64,000 bases of DNA. It comes from Anthoceros angustus. Taxonomy: Eukaryota; Plantae; Anthocerotophyta. A program made the position numbers and the translations under genes. The notes under the pieces were generated by a model that worked only from the letters and a program-made list of their open reading frames with translations, was not told where the DNA came from and made no database searches. This document shows, piece by piece, positions 23,665-37,100 of this stretch (its first letter is position 1; each line of letters begins with the position of its first letter). The stretch covers positions 1,860,001 through 1,924,000 of the forward strand of contig MU008160.1 of the NCBI GenBank assembly GCA_010909165.1, given 5' to 3'.

Positions 23665-23931
23665 CTTCCACTCACTATGAATGTAGGGGTGAAATCTAGC
23701 TTCAAAATGAGCCTAAGTATGCTAAGTAACTCCCACTAGATCAGAAGTTATTAGCCTAAGAGAAACTGACTTAAATCTAATGTTAAGCAGTTTAAACATG
23801 AAAGAAACAAAGAGCCTAAAAGTATTTAAATAAATGTAAATAGGTCCTTTAGTAAATTAAAAAGGAAACCAAAAAGAAAATTGAGTGGATAATGCGGGGG
23901 AGGTTTTAATTTGCCCCCTGGGCGAAGCCCG

Positions 23932-24948
23932 CTATCTTTTCGCCGCGCGCTGGAAGCGGTGTGCGCTCTCGGCAGTGCGCACGCGCCCACGCTGAGGCTG
24001 GCGCTGGCTGCGCGCGCAAAGGTGTGCACACACGCAGCGAGGCCGCATACGCGGCCGCTGCACGGTGGCATGCTGCCATACAGCGTAGCCGCCAATGCCT
24101 GCTGCAGTGATCTCGAGGTCGCCGAGGATGGGCGCTCCCACTGGTCCACAAATCCTTCCACAAATTGTTGGCCCGAGTTGCCGTGTGCCTGGGTGATGTT
24201 GTCGCCGCCTCCGGGATTTTGCCAATGGTGACATGTGTGAATCAGATGACGGTGTAGATGGAATCGTACCCGTCACCGAGGTTGATGAAGAGGTTGATGC
24301 AGATGTTGATGATGTTCCCCAAAGCTGGAAGGAAACCAAGTGGGAAGAGTCGATTCCTCCCGAGGCCAAGGAGGTTGCCTTCTCTTTGGTGTGAGGACAG
24401 ATGGTGCTGTCCGCCAAGGAGCATAAGTGATGACGACCGGAGGTGGCCACAATATTTGTCCTTGAGTCTTCTCCGACAAGGATATGATGCCTTTGTTGAT
24501 GGAAACTCCGAGGGTGACATGGTTGATATCGAGGCCGAGGAGGTGGAGGCCAAGGATTCAAGCCGATCTCAAGATGTTCTTCACAACCCAACTGTGAGGG
24601 AGCCCGAGGAGATCGCACTGTAGTTAATGGCGACTTTGCGGACTCCAAATGTTCTAACGCCCTCCATAAGTCGGCATCGTAAGTCATCCGTCGCATGCAT
24701 TCTACAAATTCATAGATAGTATGTAGACCAATGGGTTGAGCCATGTGTAGATCTAGGAGCTGGATGGCTTTGGCTAGGAGAGGCTGATGACACAAAAGGA
24801 AGACCAAAAACAAAAAGAAGATGATAGAAGAAAGTAGAAAGAAAAGTAAGTGGGGATAGGGTAGATGGTCCCTATATATGTAAACCAATAGTCTTCTTAT
24901 AAATAAAAGAATATTATGTGATTGCGGTGTGGACAAGTGTGTGGGCAC
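23932..24948 (-). CDS. Extra ORF (338 aa) between pol and the 3' LTR of copia B, unknown function
   Basis: ORF track. Same strand as pol, with a hydrophobic stretch LLFFLLSSIIFFLFLVFLLC and an S/T-rich segment. A frameshifted second copy lies at ~25650-26330. Confidence 0.4.
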   Translation of the reverse strand: MPTHLSTPQSHNILLFIRRLLVYIYRDHLPYPHLLFFLLSSIIFFLFLVFLLCHQPLLAKAIQLLDLHMAQPIGLHTIYEFVECMRRMTYDADLWRALEHLESAKSPLTTVRSPRAPSQLGCEEHLEIGLNPWPPPPRPRYQPCHPRSFHQQRHHILVGEDSRTNIVATSGRHHLCSLADSTICPHTKEKATSLASGGIDSSHLVSFQLWGTSSTSASTSSSTSVTGTIPSTPSSDSHMSPLAKSRRRRQHHPGTRQLGPTICGRICGPVGAPILGDLEITAAGIGGYAVWQHATVQRPRMRPRCVCAHLCARSQRQPQRGRVRTAESAHRFQRAAKR

Positions 24949-27050
24949 AGATCATCTAAGGATTGCTATCCCCCCACTAATGGTCCAAAAAGAGGCAAAA
25001 ACAGGACATGAGATACCTGGTGCCTATCTCCCTATGGGGAATCTCTTCAAAGCTACCCACTTAATTTGCCCATGTAGTCCTTGGGATTATAAAGTCCCAG
25101 CTGAATACATATGCCATAAGAAAGGAATCAAAATGTGTAGGCTGGAAGCTGCCCCATGTGCTGAGTATGAAGGTCATACTAAACACACATATAGTAAGTA
25201 CCCTTATGTCGCTAATGAGTTATTTTTTATTTATATTTATTTACATACTAAACAAGACTCCTAAATTTTTGTGAATAGGATTTATCGGAGGAAGCTAGAG
25301 TATTATGAGGACTACTTAGAAATAGAAGAGGAACTTGAGACTTTGGATAAACTTTGTGGTTTGTAATTAACCCTTAGTTTTCTAATCTTAAGTTCCTATA
25401 GCTAACTAAGTTAGGGTGATCTAGACTTGATATCAAGGATACCTAAACTCTTCATATGCTTGCTATGTAAATCACGACCTAATGACTTGGTCAATATATC
25501 ATGGATTTTCGTGAGTTTGAATATAATTTATGTTTATTGTTTTGTTTTCTAGCATCTCTCGGATATAGTGGTATTCAATCGCTATGTGCTTTGTTCGAGT
25601 GGAAGACAGGGGTTTCTAGCTAAGGCTATAGCTCCCCACATCGAACAAAGGTGTGGGATGTTGATGATGTTCCCAAAGTGGAGGAAACCAAGTGGGGAAG
25701 AGTCGATTCCTCCCGAGGCCAAGGAGGTTGCCTTCTCTTTGGTGTGAGGACAGATGGTGCTGTCCGCCAAGGAGCATAAGTGATGACGACCGGAGGTGGC
25801 CACAATATTTGTCCTTGAGTCTTCTCCCGAGCACAAGGATATGATGCCTTTGTTGATGGAAACTCGAGGGTGACATGGTTGATATCGAGGCCAAGGAGGT
25901 GGAGGCCGAAGGGATTCAAGCTGATCTCGAAGATGTTCTTCACAACCCAATTTGTGAGGGGAGCCCGAGCTGGAGATCGCACTCTGTAGTTAATGGCGAC
26001 TTTGCGGACTCCAAATGTTCTAACGCCCTCCATAAGCTGGCATCAGGTAAGTCATCCTGTCTGCATGCATTCTACAAATTCATAGATAGTATGTAGACCA
26101 ATGGGTTGAGCCATGTGTAGATCTAGGAGCTGGATGGCTTTGGCTAGGAGAGGCTGATGACACAAAAGGAAGACCAAAAAACAAAAAGAAGATGATAGAA
26201 GAAAGTAGAAAGAAAAGTAAGTGGGGATAGGGTAGATGGTCCCTATATATGTAAACCAATAGTCTTCTTATAAATAAAAAGAATATTATGTGATTGCAGG
26301 TGTGGACAAGTGTGTGGGCACAGATCATCTAAGGATTGCTATCCCCCCACTAATGGTCCAAAAAGAGGCAAAAACAGGACATGAGATACCTGGTGCCTAT
26401 CTCCCTATGGGGAATCTCTTCAAAGCTACCCACTTAATTTGCCCAGGTAGTCCTTGGGATTATAAAGTCCCAGCTGAATACATATGCCATAAGAAAGGAA
26501 TCAAAATGTGTAGGCTGGAAGCTGCCCCATGTGCTGAGTATGAAGGTCATACTAAACACACATATAGTAAGTACCCTTATGCTGCTAATGAGTTAACAGC
26601 TTTTTATTTATATTTATTTACATACTAAACAAGACTCCTAAATTTTTGTGAATAGGATCTGTTTGGGCACTGGAGCGGGAAGCTCAGGAGTATTATGAGG
26701 ACTACTTAGAAATAGAAGAGGAACTTGAGACTTTGGATAAACTTTGTGGTTTGTAATTAACCCTTAGTTTTCTAATCTTAAGTTCCTATAGCTAGCTGAG
26801 TTAGGGTGATCTAGACTTGATATCAAGGATACCTAAACTCTTCATATGCTTGCTATGTAAATCACGACCTAATGACTTGGTCAATATATCAGCCGGATTT
26901 TCGTGAGTTTGAATATAATTTATGTTTATTGTTTTGTTTTCTAGCATCTCTCGGATATAGTGGTATTCAACTGCTATGTGCTTTGTTCTGGAGTGGAAGA
27001 CAGGGTTTCTAGCTAAGGCTATAGCTCCCTGACTGTCACTGAACAAAGGT
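24300..27050. repeat. Tandem duplication of ~1.36 kb in copia B (24300-25655 and 25657-27050)
   Basis: Near-identical blocks, including the RNase H tail; junction at ~25657. Confidence 0.88.
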
Positions 27051-30000
27051 GTGGGTACTGGTTGAGGATGATTTAGCTCACTTAATGCTAATATGCTCCA
27101 AACTATATCTTTTGAGACTGAGGTTAGGACTCTGTACTCAGACTCAGTGCTTAACAAGGCAATAGTAGGTTGTTTCTTACTTGACCAAGATATAGGAGCT
27201 CCTCCCAGTAGTAGTACATAGCCAGATACAGATTTGCGGGTGTCAGGGTCGCCGGCATAGTCAGCAGCAGCATATGCTGTTAAAATTAGCTTAGGTATGC
27301 CGGGCTTGTGCTTGTACATCAATCCAGTATTCATAGTTCCCTTGAGGTCTCAAGATACGTTTGACTGATAGCCAGTGCTCTCTTCCTGGGTTCTCTAGGA
27401 ACTGTGAGCAAGCACTTACTTCAAAAGAAATGTCTGGTCTGGTGAAGTTGCTTAAGTAGATGAGAGTGCCTACTGCATGTCGGTATGGGACTGCTGCCAT
27501 CTCATGCTTTTCTGCATCTGTTTTAGGGCTCATATCAGTTGTGAGCCTAATGCCACTTGCAAATGGTGTAGTGTCTGGCTTAGCATTTTCAAGTCCAAAC
27601 TTAGCTAAGCTTTCCTTAATATACTTAGTCTGTACTAAGCTTAAGGTTTTATGCCTCTATCCCTTATAACATTGACGCCAAGGGCATAAGTCATCTCTCC
27701 TAAATCAGTCATCTCAAAATGACTTCTTAACCATGCCTTAGTTTCAGCTAGGAGAGGAAGTGAGGATGAGGCCATAAATAAGTCGTCAACATAAAGTAAG
27801 ATATATATGATATCACTTCCTGATATCAATATGTACATACTAGCATCGGCCTTGCTTTGTCTAAAGCCCCGATTAACTAGTTTATTATGTATGACGACAT
27901 TCCATTCTTTGCCTGATTGTTTCAGGCCGTACAGGCACTTTAATAAGTTTGCATACCCAATCTTCCTTTCCCTTGACCTCATAGCCCTCAGGCTGTCTCA
28001 TATAGATTTCTTCTTGTAGACGCCCATGCAAATATGCTGTTTTGACGTCCATCATATGGAGGTGTAGGTCATGTTGTGCGGTTAAGGCTAAGATAATTCT
28101 TAGGGAGGCAAACTTGGCAACTGGTGCATAGGTGGCCCAGGGTATAAAATCTAGACCAGGGATCTGGGTAAACCCTCTTGCCACTAGTCGTGCCTTGTAT
28201 CTCTCTTTGGAACCATCACCCTTTCTTTTTATTTTGAATACCCACTTGCTAGTCACTATTTTTCTTCCCTTAGGTGGTTTCACTAATTCCCATGTAGAAT
28301 TCTTAACTAAAGAGTCGTACTCAGAATCTACAGCGACCTTCCACAAGTGTTTCTCAGGAGAGGAAAATGCTTGTTTCAAGGTTAGCTTCTTCGGGATCAA
28401 CTGTGGCTTTGTATACTTGGTGATAAGGTGAAAAGGAGAGATGGGATCATCAATGGTAGCACGGTATCCTAGGGGTGGTTCCTTCCATCCTGCAGTCACG
28501 AAATATTAGGTCTAGTTCTCGGGTTGTACCTCGAGCGAGTTGTTGTGGTTGAATATTTTCTTCAATGTCGACCACTTCATGAGCTCTTGTGTTGGGAGTC
28601 GCTCATGTTCGCCTGCCTTCGAGCTCGTCCTCATTCACAAGTCGATCATCCGCGGGAATATCAAAATCATCCCTAAGGTAATATTGATCTTCTAAATGTA
28701 GAGGTTCTTGTGTGTCGGGATCTGGTGTAGTCGGTCGACGTGGAATATGCTCTAACTCCTCCTCCTCCTCCTGCAGAGTAGGTTCAACAAGAGGAAAACT
28801 CGTGGCAGGAAGGGGATGAAAAGTAACAAATTCATCATCGTCAAAAGACGAATGCTCCATGTGTGCAGGGAGAGGAACATCAGGAGTAAGAGGGGCAGGA
28901 GCTCCCACTGAAGGGGAAAGAATATGGGACTCATGAAAAGTCACGCTCTTGGCATATATGAGTTTTTTGGTAGAAGGGTCGAATAATTTGTATCCTTTTA
29001 TGCCTTCCGTATAGCCAATGAAAGTGTACTTGGCTGCCTTAGGATCGAACTTCTTGCGTTGTACTTTTGGAATAAATACATAAGCAGGTGATCCAAAAAT
29101 CCGAAGATGTCCAATAGAAGGCTTTCTACCAGTGAATGCTTCATAAGGTGTCATACCTTGGACTGCGGAGGTCGGCAGTCGGTTGATGAGATATGTGGCT
29201 GTTAATATGGCTTCAGCCCAATAGGTCTTGGATAGAGTAGATTGGGAGAGCAAGCAACTTATCTCTTGAAGGCGTAAATTCTTATTCTACGCCATTTTCT
29301 TTGAGGAGTGTACCACGAGTTGTTGTTGATGCCTTCAGCTCGACAAAAATCAGCAAAAGTATTGGATGTAAACTTTCCACCATTGTCGGAACGCAGGGTT
29401 TTGAGTTTCTTATCCGTAAGTCTCTCGGCCCACATCATATAATCCTTAAAAAACTGGAAAGCTTGGCTTTTGTGGCGGAGGATGTATGTGAGGACAAAGC
29501 AGAGAAAATCTGTGAAGGTTAAAAAGTATCTACAACCACTAAAGGAAGGCGCAGAAATGGGACCACAAATGTCTGTATGTACCAACTCAAGGGGGGCTTT
29601 AGCCCGCTGGGGAGATGGGTTATGAAAAGGAGCTTGGTGCCGTTTGGTGACAACACAGGCTTCACACCAAGACAGGGGTTCTATCTTGGGAAGGGAGGGA
29701 GTTCTATAAAAATTTCCCTTAGACATTTGGATGAGGTTTTGGCTATTAGGGTGACCTAAACAACAATGCCAAAGCATAGTATTGGAGGAGGGGATAGAAT
29801 ATTGGGAAGCTACATTGATGAGATGTGAGGGACCCACTTGGACTCAAAGTTTATATAGTCCATCTTCTAGTGTGCCTGAGCAGATTGTATGAAACTTACT
29901 TGTAAGATAAGAAAGTAAACAATTATCCGCTTGAAGGATGATTTGCATGCTATGTTCTGAACATAAGTTGGCGGCGGACACTAGGTTTTTACACATGGAT

Positions 30001-32177
30001 GGTACATGGAGGACATGAGAAAGTGAGAGAACTTGGCCTGTAGAGCATCTGAGAACAACTGAACCAACACCAGAGATAGTGAGGTTATGATCATCACCCA
30101 ATAGGACAGTTTGATGTCCTTTGGCGGGTGAGTAAGACTCAAAAGAGTTTATGTTGTGACAGATATGTGATGTTGCTCCACTGTCTAAATACCAATTTTG
30201 GTTTGAGGGCTTGGATGATGCCAAGCAGACAGTGAGAGCTGATGGTGTTGCTGAAGATTGTTTCTTCATAGCAACATGTGCTCCAGGGGCGGCCTCCTTC
30301 CTAGGCTCGCCGTTCTTCTTTTTTCTACAGTCCTTCTCCATATAATTTGTCATTCTGCACCAATTACATATAACTCCACTCTTCTTGTTACCTTTTGCAG
30401 AAGAAGAGTTTTCTCCAATCGGAGAATATTGACCAGGATTCGGCCTAGGAGGAAAGGGTCTGCCGCGTCCTCGGCCACGTCCTCTTCCTCTACCTTGTCC
30501 TGTAAACATCACCTGCTGCTTGGTGGATCTAGGATTCTCTTGGCGACGACTGGCATCCTCCTATATGATGGCTCCAATTAATTCAGTGACACTGATGTCC
30601 AGTGTGGCGGAGCCATTTGCTTTCTTCTCTTTCTGTGCGGCTCTAAGGACAGCATTTTGTGTTGTCATAAAGGCCCTATAGGAGGGTGGTAAGGAGGCAA
30701 GGAGAGCAATAAATGCTGCTTTCTCGGAGAGCTTCTCTTCAGATGACGCTTCAAAATTATTTTTGGCGACGCGGAAAGCAGTTATATGGCGATCAATGGA
30801 ATCATTCTCCTTCATTTTCAGGGTATGGAGATGGCGGGTAGCGGTCAATAAGCTCATTCCATCTTTGGGCGTATAATTGAGCTAGCGCTCCCACATATCA
30901 CAGGAGGTGTCCGGAAACTTTCGCACCAATTACATATAACTCCACTCTTCTTGTTACCTTTTGCGAAGAAGAGTTTTCTCCATCGGAGAATATTGAGGAT
31001 TGGCCTAGGAGGAAAGGGTCTTCCGCGCCTCGGCCACGCCCTCTTCCTCTACCTTGTCCCGTAAACATCACCGCCGGTGGATCTAGGATTCTCTTGTCGA
31101 CGATCGGCATCCTCGTATGATGGCTCCAATTAATTCATGACACGATGTCCAGGATGGAGCCATTTGCTTTCTTCTCTTTCTGCGGCTCTAAGGACAGCAT
31201 TTTGTGTTGTCACAAAGGCCCTATAGGAGGGTGGTAAGGAGGCAAGGAGAGCAATAAAGCCGCTTTCTGAGAGCTTCTCTTGGATGATGCTTCAAAATTA
31301 TTTTTAGCCAGGAAAGCTTGATATGATGATCAATGGAATCATTCTCCTTCATTTTCGTGGTATGGAGATGGCGGGTAGCGGTCAATAAGCTCATTCCATC
31401 TTTGGACGCGTATAATTGAGCTAGGCGCTCCCACATATCACAGGAGGTGTCTGCTTCGGAAACTTGTCGCACCATCGCTTCGGTAAGGCCACCAACTAAA
31501 ACATCTCGAGCTCTCTGGTCCTTTGCATCCCAAACATTATGTGCATCTGAGTCCCAAGCATGCGAGGCTCGGTGTGGCGATCTCCCACAAGTCACACTTG
31601 GCACTCCTTGGGCACGACTTTGACATACGTCATACCCTCTTCCATTGAATCTATCTTTGTCTTTGAAATTATCTGCTTGAACCACTAGGGTTTTTAAGTC
31701 AGATTTTCTTTTCGCTCTCTCCTTCTCCTTAATTTCTTCCAATTCTCTTTCCCATTTGGCTTGCTCGTCTTCGAGCCATTTAGCCTTTTGGTCAGCTAAG
31801 AACTTGGTCGGTCAAGAGTTCCGCCATTGCAGGTGAGTTTATTCATGCAGATTACGCCGTCTTTGACACGCCGTCTTCTCGAATGGTGTATCGAAGAAAA
31901 GGCGTGGGCAGAAACGGCATGATTTCATATTAAAATGAGCTGCATCATCATCAGAATCTATGCGAGCATAATTTATATTACTTACTCGATCTATAGATTT
32001 AGATACGAGGGCTTCTATGAGACAATACACTTGAGCTTCAACAACATCAATTTCAGGAGCGTTAAGATCAAAATCCTCCTCCTGTGTTGCAGATGATCTG
32101 ATGTGTTGTTGTCTCTTCTTCTTCGAAGCCTTGATCTTCTGCCTATACTCTTGTCTGCTAAGATTGGGGAAATCCAT
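26801..32177 (-). pseudogene. Copia B gag-pol, multiply frameshifted
   Basis: DRFNGRGYD, knuckle CNWCRMTNYMEKDC, WYLDSGAT, WHCCLGH, LRSDNGGKF, YKARLVARGF, LYVDD and YAAADYAG...HIAVEYHYIRE. Confidence 0.9.
30357..31470. repeat. Tandem duplication of ~560 bp in copia B gag
   Basis: MSLLTATRHLHT occurs twice. The junction near 30925 has GCACCA microhomology. Confidence 0.85.
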
Positions 32178-32383
32178 GGAGGGCAGACGAGAGATTGGTG
32201 CACAACAAGTGCATCCTTAAAGTATTAAGCTGATCACCAGTTGTTTGCTGCTCAAAACAAAATTTCCACGCTGCATGATCTTCGATAGAAGAGCTAAAAT
32301 AGCAGATGCATTGGGGAGGAGAGTGCCATGAGCATAAGCAAGCAAGAGTGGTCAAGCACGAGGAGCAGTGTGCTATGATACCA

Positions 32384-32660
32384 TGATGAAAATCACACAC
32401 TAACTCCTTAAGCAAAAGATGCTTATATACAATTGATTTAATAGAAAGTACAAAGCCTATTTATAGGCGAGGTGGTTAGGTGGTTAGGTGGTTAGGTGGT
32501 TACAACCATAAGTAGTTGTAACCGCCTAGTAGTTGTAACTACTATAACTCCTAACTACCTAGATCAACTAACTAGTAACTACTTAATGCCCTAGGCATAT
32601 AATAATGTTTAAGTTAGGGTGCCCTAATGAATAGTGCCCTAACCCTAATATATTTTATCA
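32384..32660 (-). repeat. 5' LTR of copia B (277 bp)
   Basis: Followed on the minus strand by the Met-type PBS. Confidence 0.93.
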
Positions 32661-34107
32661 AATGATGGCACACTATGGACGCCGCTATACAAGCTGTGGG
32701 TTATGGGGTATAAGGATGCCATGCCAAATCAAAGAGCCAGAGCGGGTTGGGTTATTTGGGCAACCCTGGATATGTCAAGAGGAGAACCTAAAGGCCACAT
32801 ACTGTGTGTCACTAAACCGCACGAGTTCGATACATTGCCACAGGAGGTGGACATGTACAAGACTTTCCACGTGAGCTTCAATGGTCTTGTCATAAAGAAA
32901 TGTGAGCCATCCAGACTGGTTCAATTGTTTCGAGATTTGTGGTGGGAGGTTCCCGCGACCCCCGGAACCCTCAGCCCTGTAGCGGCCACACTTATCCCAC
33001 TGTCGGTTCGTACAGTAGGTTTCGTTCCCACGAAGGAGTGGGGGAGCCCTTTCCCCGCTCGAATGGAGGGTGCGCCCCCGACCGACCTCTCGACTCACCG
33101 ACTCCCGTGACAGCGCCCGATCGACTAACCGCCTCCTACCGCCCACCGGTGACCCACCCCTCGGTAAGTCACACTACCCCACGCGATGACTCGTCGGCGC
33201 GGACTCCACGTCGAGAGGCACCGCCAATCTGCACTGCGACCTTGGGACCCCAAATCACCGCAGTGGGCAATCCTCCCAAAGCAGCTCCTACACCCTAAGA
33301 CCCTTCTCATGACAAATTTGGGGCCGCCCCTCAAGCTCTTATCACGACCCTTGAAATTTCACCTTCCCCTCTTTTCTAGGTTTCTTCCTCCTCTCTTCTC
33401 TTTTGTCTTTTCTCTTCTCTCTTGCTCCTTCCTTCTCCTCTCTTGCTCCCTATCCTCTCTAGCTCCTCTCTCTCTCGCCTCACTCTCGCCTCACTCTCTC
33501 GCCTCTCGCCTCTTTCTTTTCTCTTTTCTCTCTTTTCTCCTCTCTTCTCCTCTCTTCTCTAATCTACCTCTTCCACTCTTCCTAGCTAACTATCACCGGC
33601 GCCTCCCGGCCTCCCAAAGAATCGCCTCGATCATAGGGCATTGCCCTCACGGACCTAGGCGACATTTGGCCGCAGACGTCCGCGGCCGGATTTTGCTAGG
33701 GGTCTTCCTTCACCGCCTGCGCACCACATCGCAACCACAATGCCGCTCCCTCACCGCTCGAACACTACCCCACTGCCTCCAGAAGAAAGGTTTGGGCCCC
33801 GCCTCACCCCGGTCACCGCACCTCAAGACCCTACGACACCATGCACCCTCACACGGTCCAGACGCACGCTTGTGTAGCAAGACAAGCACACAGTCGAGAG
33901 CAAGGCATGACATTTTATTATGGGAGCTCCTCCCCTCTTATAGGAGCTCCCCAAACCCTAGCATTAATTAAGTCTGGTGGGGTAGGTGGGGTTGCTTACG
34001 GTTTTTAAGTAGGTGGCCTCTTAAAAGGTTCTTAACCTACCTCCTAACAATCCCACTAACCCCCTAGGGGTCTTAATGACCCATTCACTCCCCTACCAAC
34101 TATTTGC

Positions 34108-37100
34108 CTACTTCTTCTTGGGTGTTGGCATGGCCAGGCGCCCAACCACCGTCTTCCTCCTCTTGGCTTGGGGACTGTCCCCTGTCCGGATCTCTTCACT
34201 CGTCGTCGCGACAGGAACCTCCACACCTGTCTCGGCGATGTTGACTGTTGAGGCAGCTGGAACGCCACCCCCTCTTGCAGGGCGCTCTTGTAGAGGCACT
34301 GGCCTCTCTGTAGCCATCTGTACAGCCGCCGCTGCAATTACCTCCAGGCGGTTGGGTGTGGCTCACATCCTGTGACACCCCCACCAACTCTACCGGCTGG
34401 AAATCTCTTCCTCTTCCATTGGCTCCTCCCACATTGAGCCTTGCATCCATTCACTCTCCAAGTCCCGAATCTCAGTTGAGGTGCAATTCTTCAAAATCTC
34501 CACATCGTCATCGTGGGGACCCAACAACTTCCTTGTCAACAAGGAACGCATCTCCTTGGCAAACTTGTTGACCCTAGCATGTAAGTGGACTGCATCTCCG
34601 GCCCTTCAAACAAATCTCATCAAATTCCTCGGGCCACTCTCACGAGGCTATCTTACCATAAGCATCCCTCTCAAGCGTCACCTCACTCAAGCGGTAAGTG
34701 ACATTCTCGGCGCATCTCTTCCATGCCTCCAGTATCCCTTGCTGCCATGCATAATCAGCCTGGAAGCGTTGCTTCCTGACGACCAGCATGCGATGCATCA
34801 TTTTCCTCCGGTGGGCTACCTCTTCCTTCCACCGTTGGTCACCTCCGTTGCTTGCTTTAGGAGCTCCTCACGCTCCTTGCTCCATGTGGCTGTCCTCCTC
34901 CGGCTCCTTGAGCTTGGCCTCGATTCTTGGCTTGGCCTCGGCCTCCAGGCGGTTGGGTTGGTGCAACTCCTGCCCCGCCGCCAGACACCCCCACCAACTC
35001 TACCGGCTCTTGGAAATCTCTTCCTCTTCCATTGGCTCCTCCCACATTGAGCCTTGCATCCATTCACTCTCCAAGTCCCGAATCTCTGAAGTTGAGGGTC
35101 GCAATTCTTCCAAAATCTCCCTGTCGTCATCGTGGGGACCCAACAACTTCCTTGTCAACAAGGAACGCATCTCCTTGGCAAACTTGTTGACCCTAGCATG
35201 TAAGTGGACCTGCATCTCCTGGCCCTTCAAGCAAATCTCATCAAATTCCTCAGGCCACTCTCCTGAGGCTATCTTACTTCGCAACGCATCCCTCTCAAGC
35301 GTCACCTCACTCAAACGGTAGAGTGACATTCTCGGCGGCATCTCTCTTCCATGCCTCCAAGATCCCTTGCCATGCATCAGCCGAAGCGTTGCTTCTGACG
35401 ACCAAGATGCGATGCATCATTTTCTCCGTGGCTACCTCTTCCTTCCACCGTTGGCCCGTTGCTTGCTTTAGGAGCTCCTCACGCTCCTTGCTCCATGTGG
35501 CTGTCCTCCTCCAGCTCCTTGAGCTTGGCCTCAGCCTCGATTCTTGGCTTGGCACCTCGGGGCCCTATCCCTATTCTCTTTCTTCTCGGCTGAAGTGAGA
35601 GAAGCTTCTCCTCCTTCCCACACGGTCTCCTCAATCTTACGATTGAGGTAGCCACTTCCTTCATTCGCTCCCTACTTTCTTGTCTCGGCCTTTGTTCTTC
35701 AATCTTGCCGAGCCCCAACCTTCTCTCAGTCAACTAGGCGCCTTTGCGCCATGCATAATCAGCCTGAAGCGTTGCTTCCCGACGACCAAGATGCGATGCA
35801 TCATTTTCTCCTGGGCTACCTCTTCCTTCCACCGCTGGTCACCTCCGTTGCTTGCTTTAGGAGCTCCTCACGCTCCTTGCTCCATGTGGCTGTCCTCCTC
35901 CGGCTCCTTGAGCTTGGCCTCGATTCTTGGCTTGGCCTCGGCCTCCAGGCGGTTGGGTTGGTGCAACTCCTGCCCCGCCGCCAGACACCCCCACCAACTC
36001 TACCGGCTCTTGGAAATCTCTTCCTCTTCCATTGGCTCCTCCCACATTGAGCCTTGCATCCATTTCACTCTCCAAGTCCCGAATCAAGTTGAGGTCGCAA
36101 TTCTTCCAAAATCTCGTCATCGTGGGGACCCAACAACTTCCTTGTCAACAAGGAACGCATCTCCTTGGCAAACTTGTTGACCCTAGCATGTAAGTGGACC
36201 CGCATCTCCGGCCCTTCAAGCAAATCTCATCAAATTCCTCGTGCCACTCTCCGAGGCTATCTTACTGCAACGCATCCCTCTCAAGCGTCACCTCACTCAA
36301 ACGGTCAGAGTGACATTCTCGGCGCATCTCTTCCATGCCTCCAAGATCCCTTGCCATGCATCAGCCGAAGCGTTGCTTCTGACGACCAAGATGCGATGCA
36401 TCATTTTCTCCGTGGCTACCTCTTCCTTCCACCGTTGGCCCGTTGCTTGCTTTAGGAGCTCCTCACGCTCCTTGCTCCATGTGGCTGTCCTCCTCCAGCT
36501 CCTTGAGCTTGGCCTCAGCCTCGATTCTTGGCTTGGCACCTCGGGGCCCTATCCCTATTCTCTTTCTTCTCGGCTGAAGTGAGAGAAGCTTCTCCTCCTT
36601 CCCACACGGTCTCCTCAATCTTACGATTGAGGTAGCCACTTCCTTCATTCGCTCCCTACTTTCTTGTCTCGGCCTTTGTTCTTCAATCTTGCCGAGCCCC
36701 AACCTTCTCTCAGTCAACTAGGCGCCTTGCTAACGCCATCTCCTTGATAGCCTTGCTATCCTTCTCCCACATTGTAGGGTCGCTTGGTCACGGCGGCTCT
36801 CACCTCAACTCCTCTACTTCTGTAAGGCTTGCTTCACTAATGGAGTGTCAATTAGGGCGGATGGTCCATCCTTCAAAGCCTTTGTCTTCTCATTCCCCTC
36901 ACAGTCGACTCATGCCTTTCTCTTGGTGGCGGTCTCTCCACTCCCCATCGATGTTGGGTGGAACTCCTGACTCGGTCATCTCACAGGGTGGGTTACATCC
37001 ACCACCACTGCTCCATGGGGTTGCCTCACAGCACATGGTGGCACCGCCACCTCTTCCTCTTGTGCCCTTTCTCCCCACAGACGGAGGCACTTCTCTTCCT

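Larger units (their letters stand above)
23404..32660 (-). mobile_element. Ty1/copia LTR retrotransposon B, 9257 bp, TG...CA, TSD AATGA
   Basis: LTRs at 32384-32660 and 23404-23664. TSD at 23399-23403 and 32661-32665, PBS TGGTATCATAGC (32383-32372), and a degenerate purine tract next to the 3' LTR. Confidence 0.95.

Noticed and set aside
24929-26628. ~111-aa antisense ORF present twice (24929-25264, 26290-26628)
   Set aside because: The copies come from a near-identical duplication, so they are not independent evidence; non-ATG starts and no recognisable motif.
33186-33971. 261-aa Leu/Ser-rich ORF (and 49442-50017 on the other strand)
   Set aside because: Translation of the CT-rich low-complexity tract of the gypsy LTR.
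34481-36582. Numerous plus-strand ORFs in the LTRs (also 50925-51623)
   Set aside because: Antisense shadows of the repeated LTR-embedded coding blocks.
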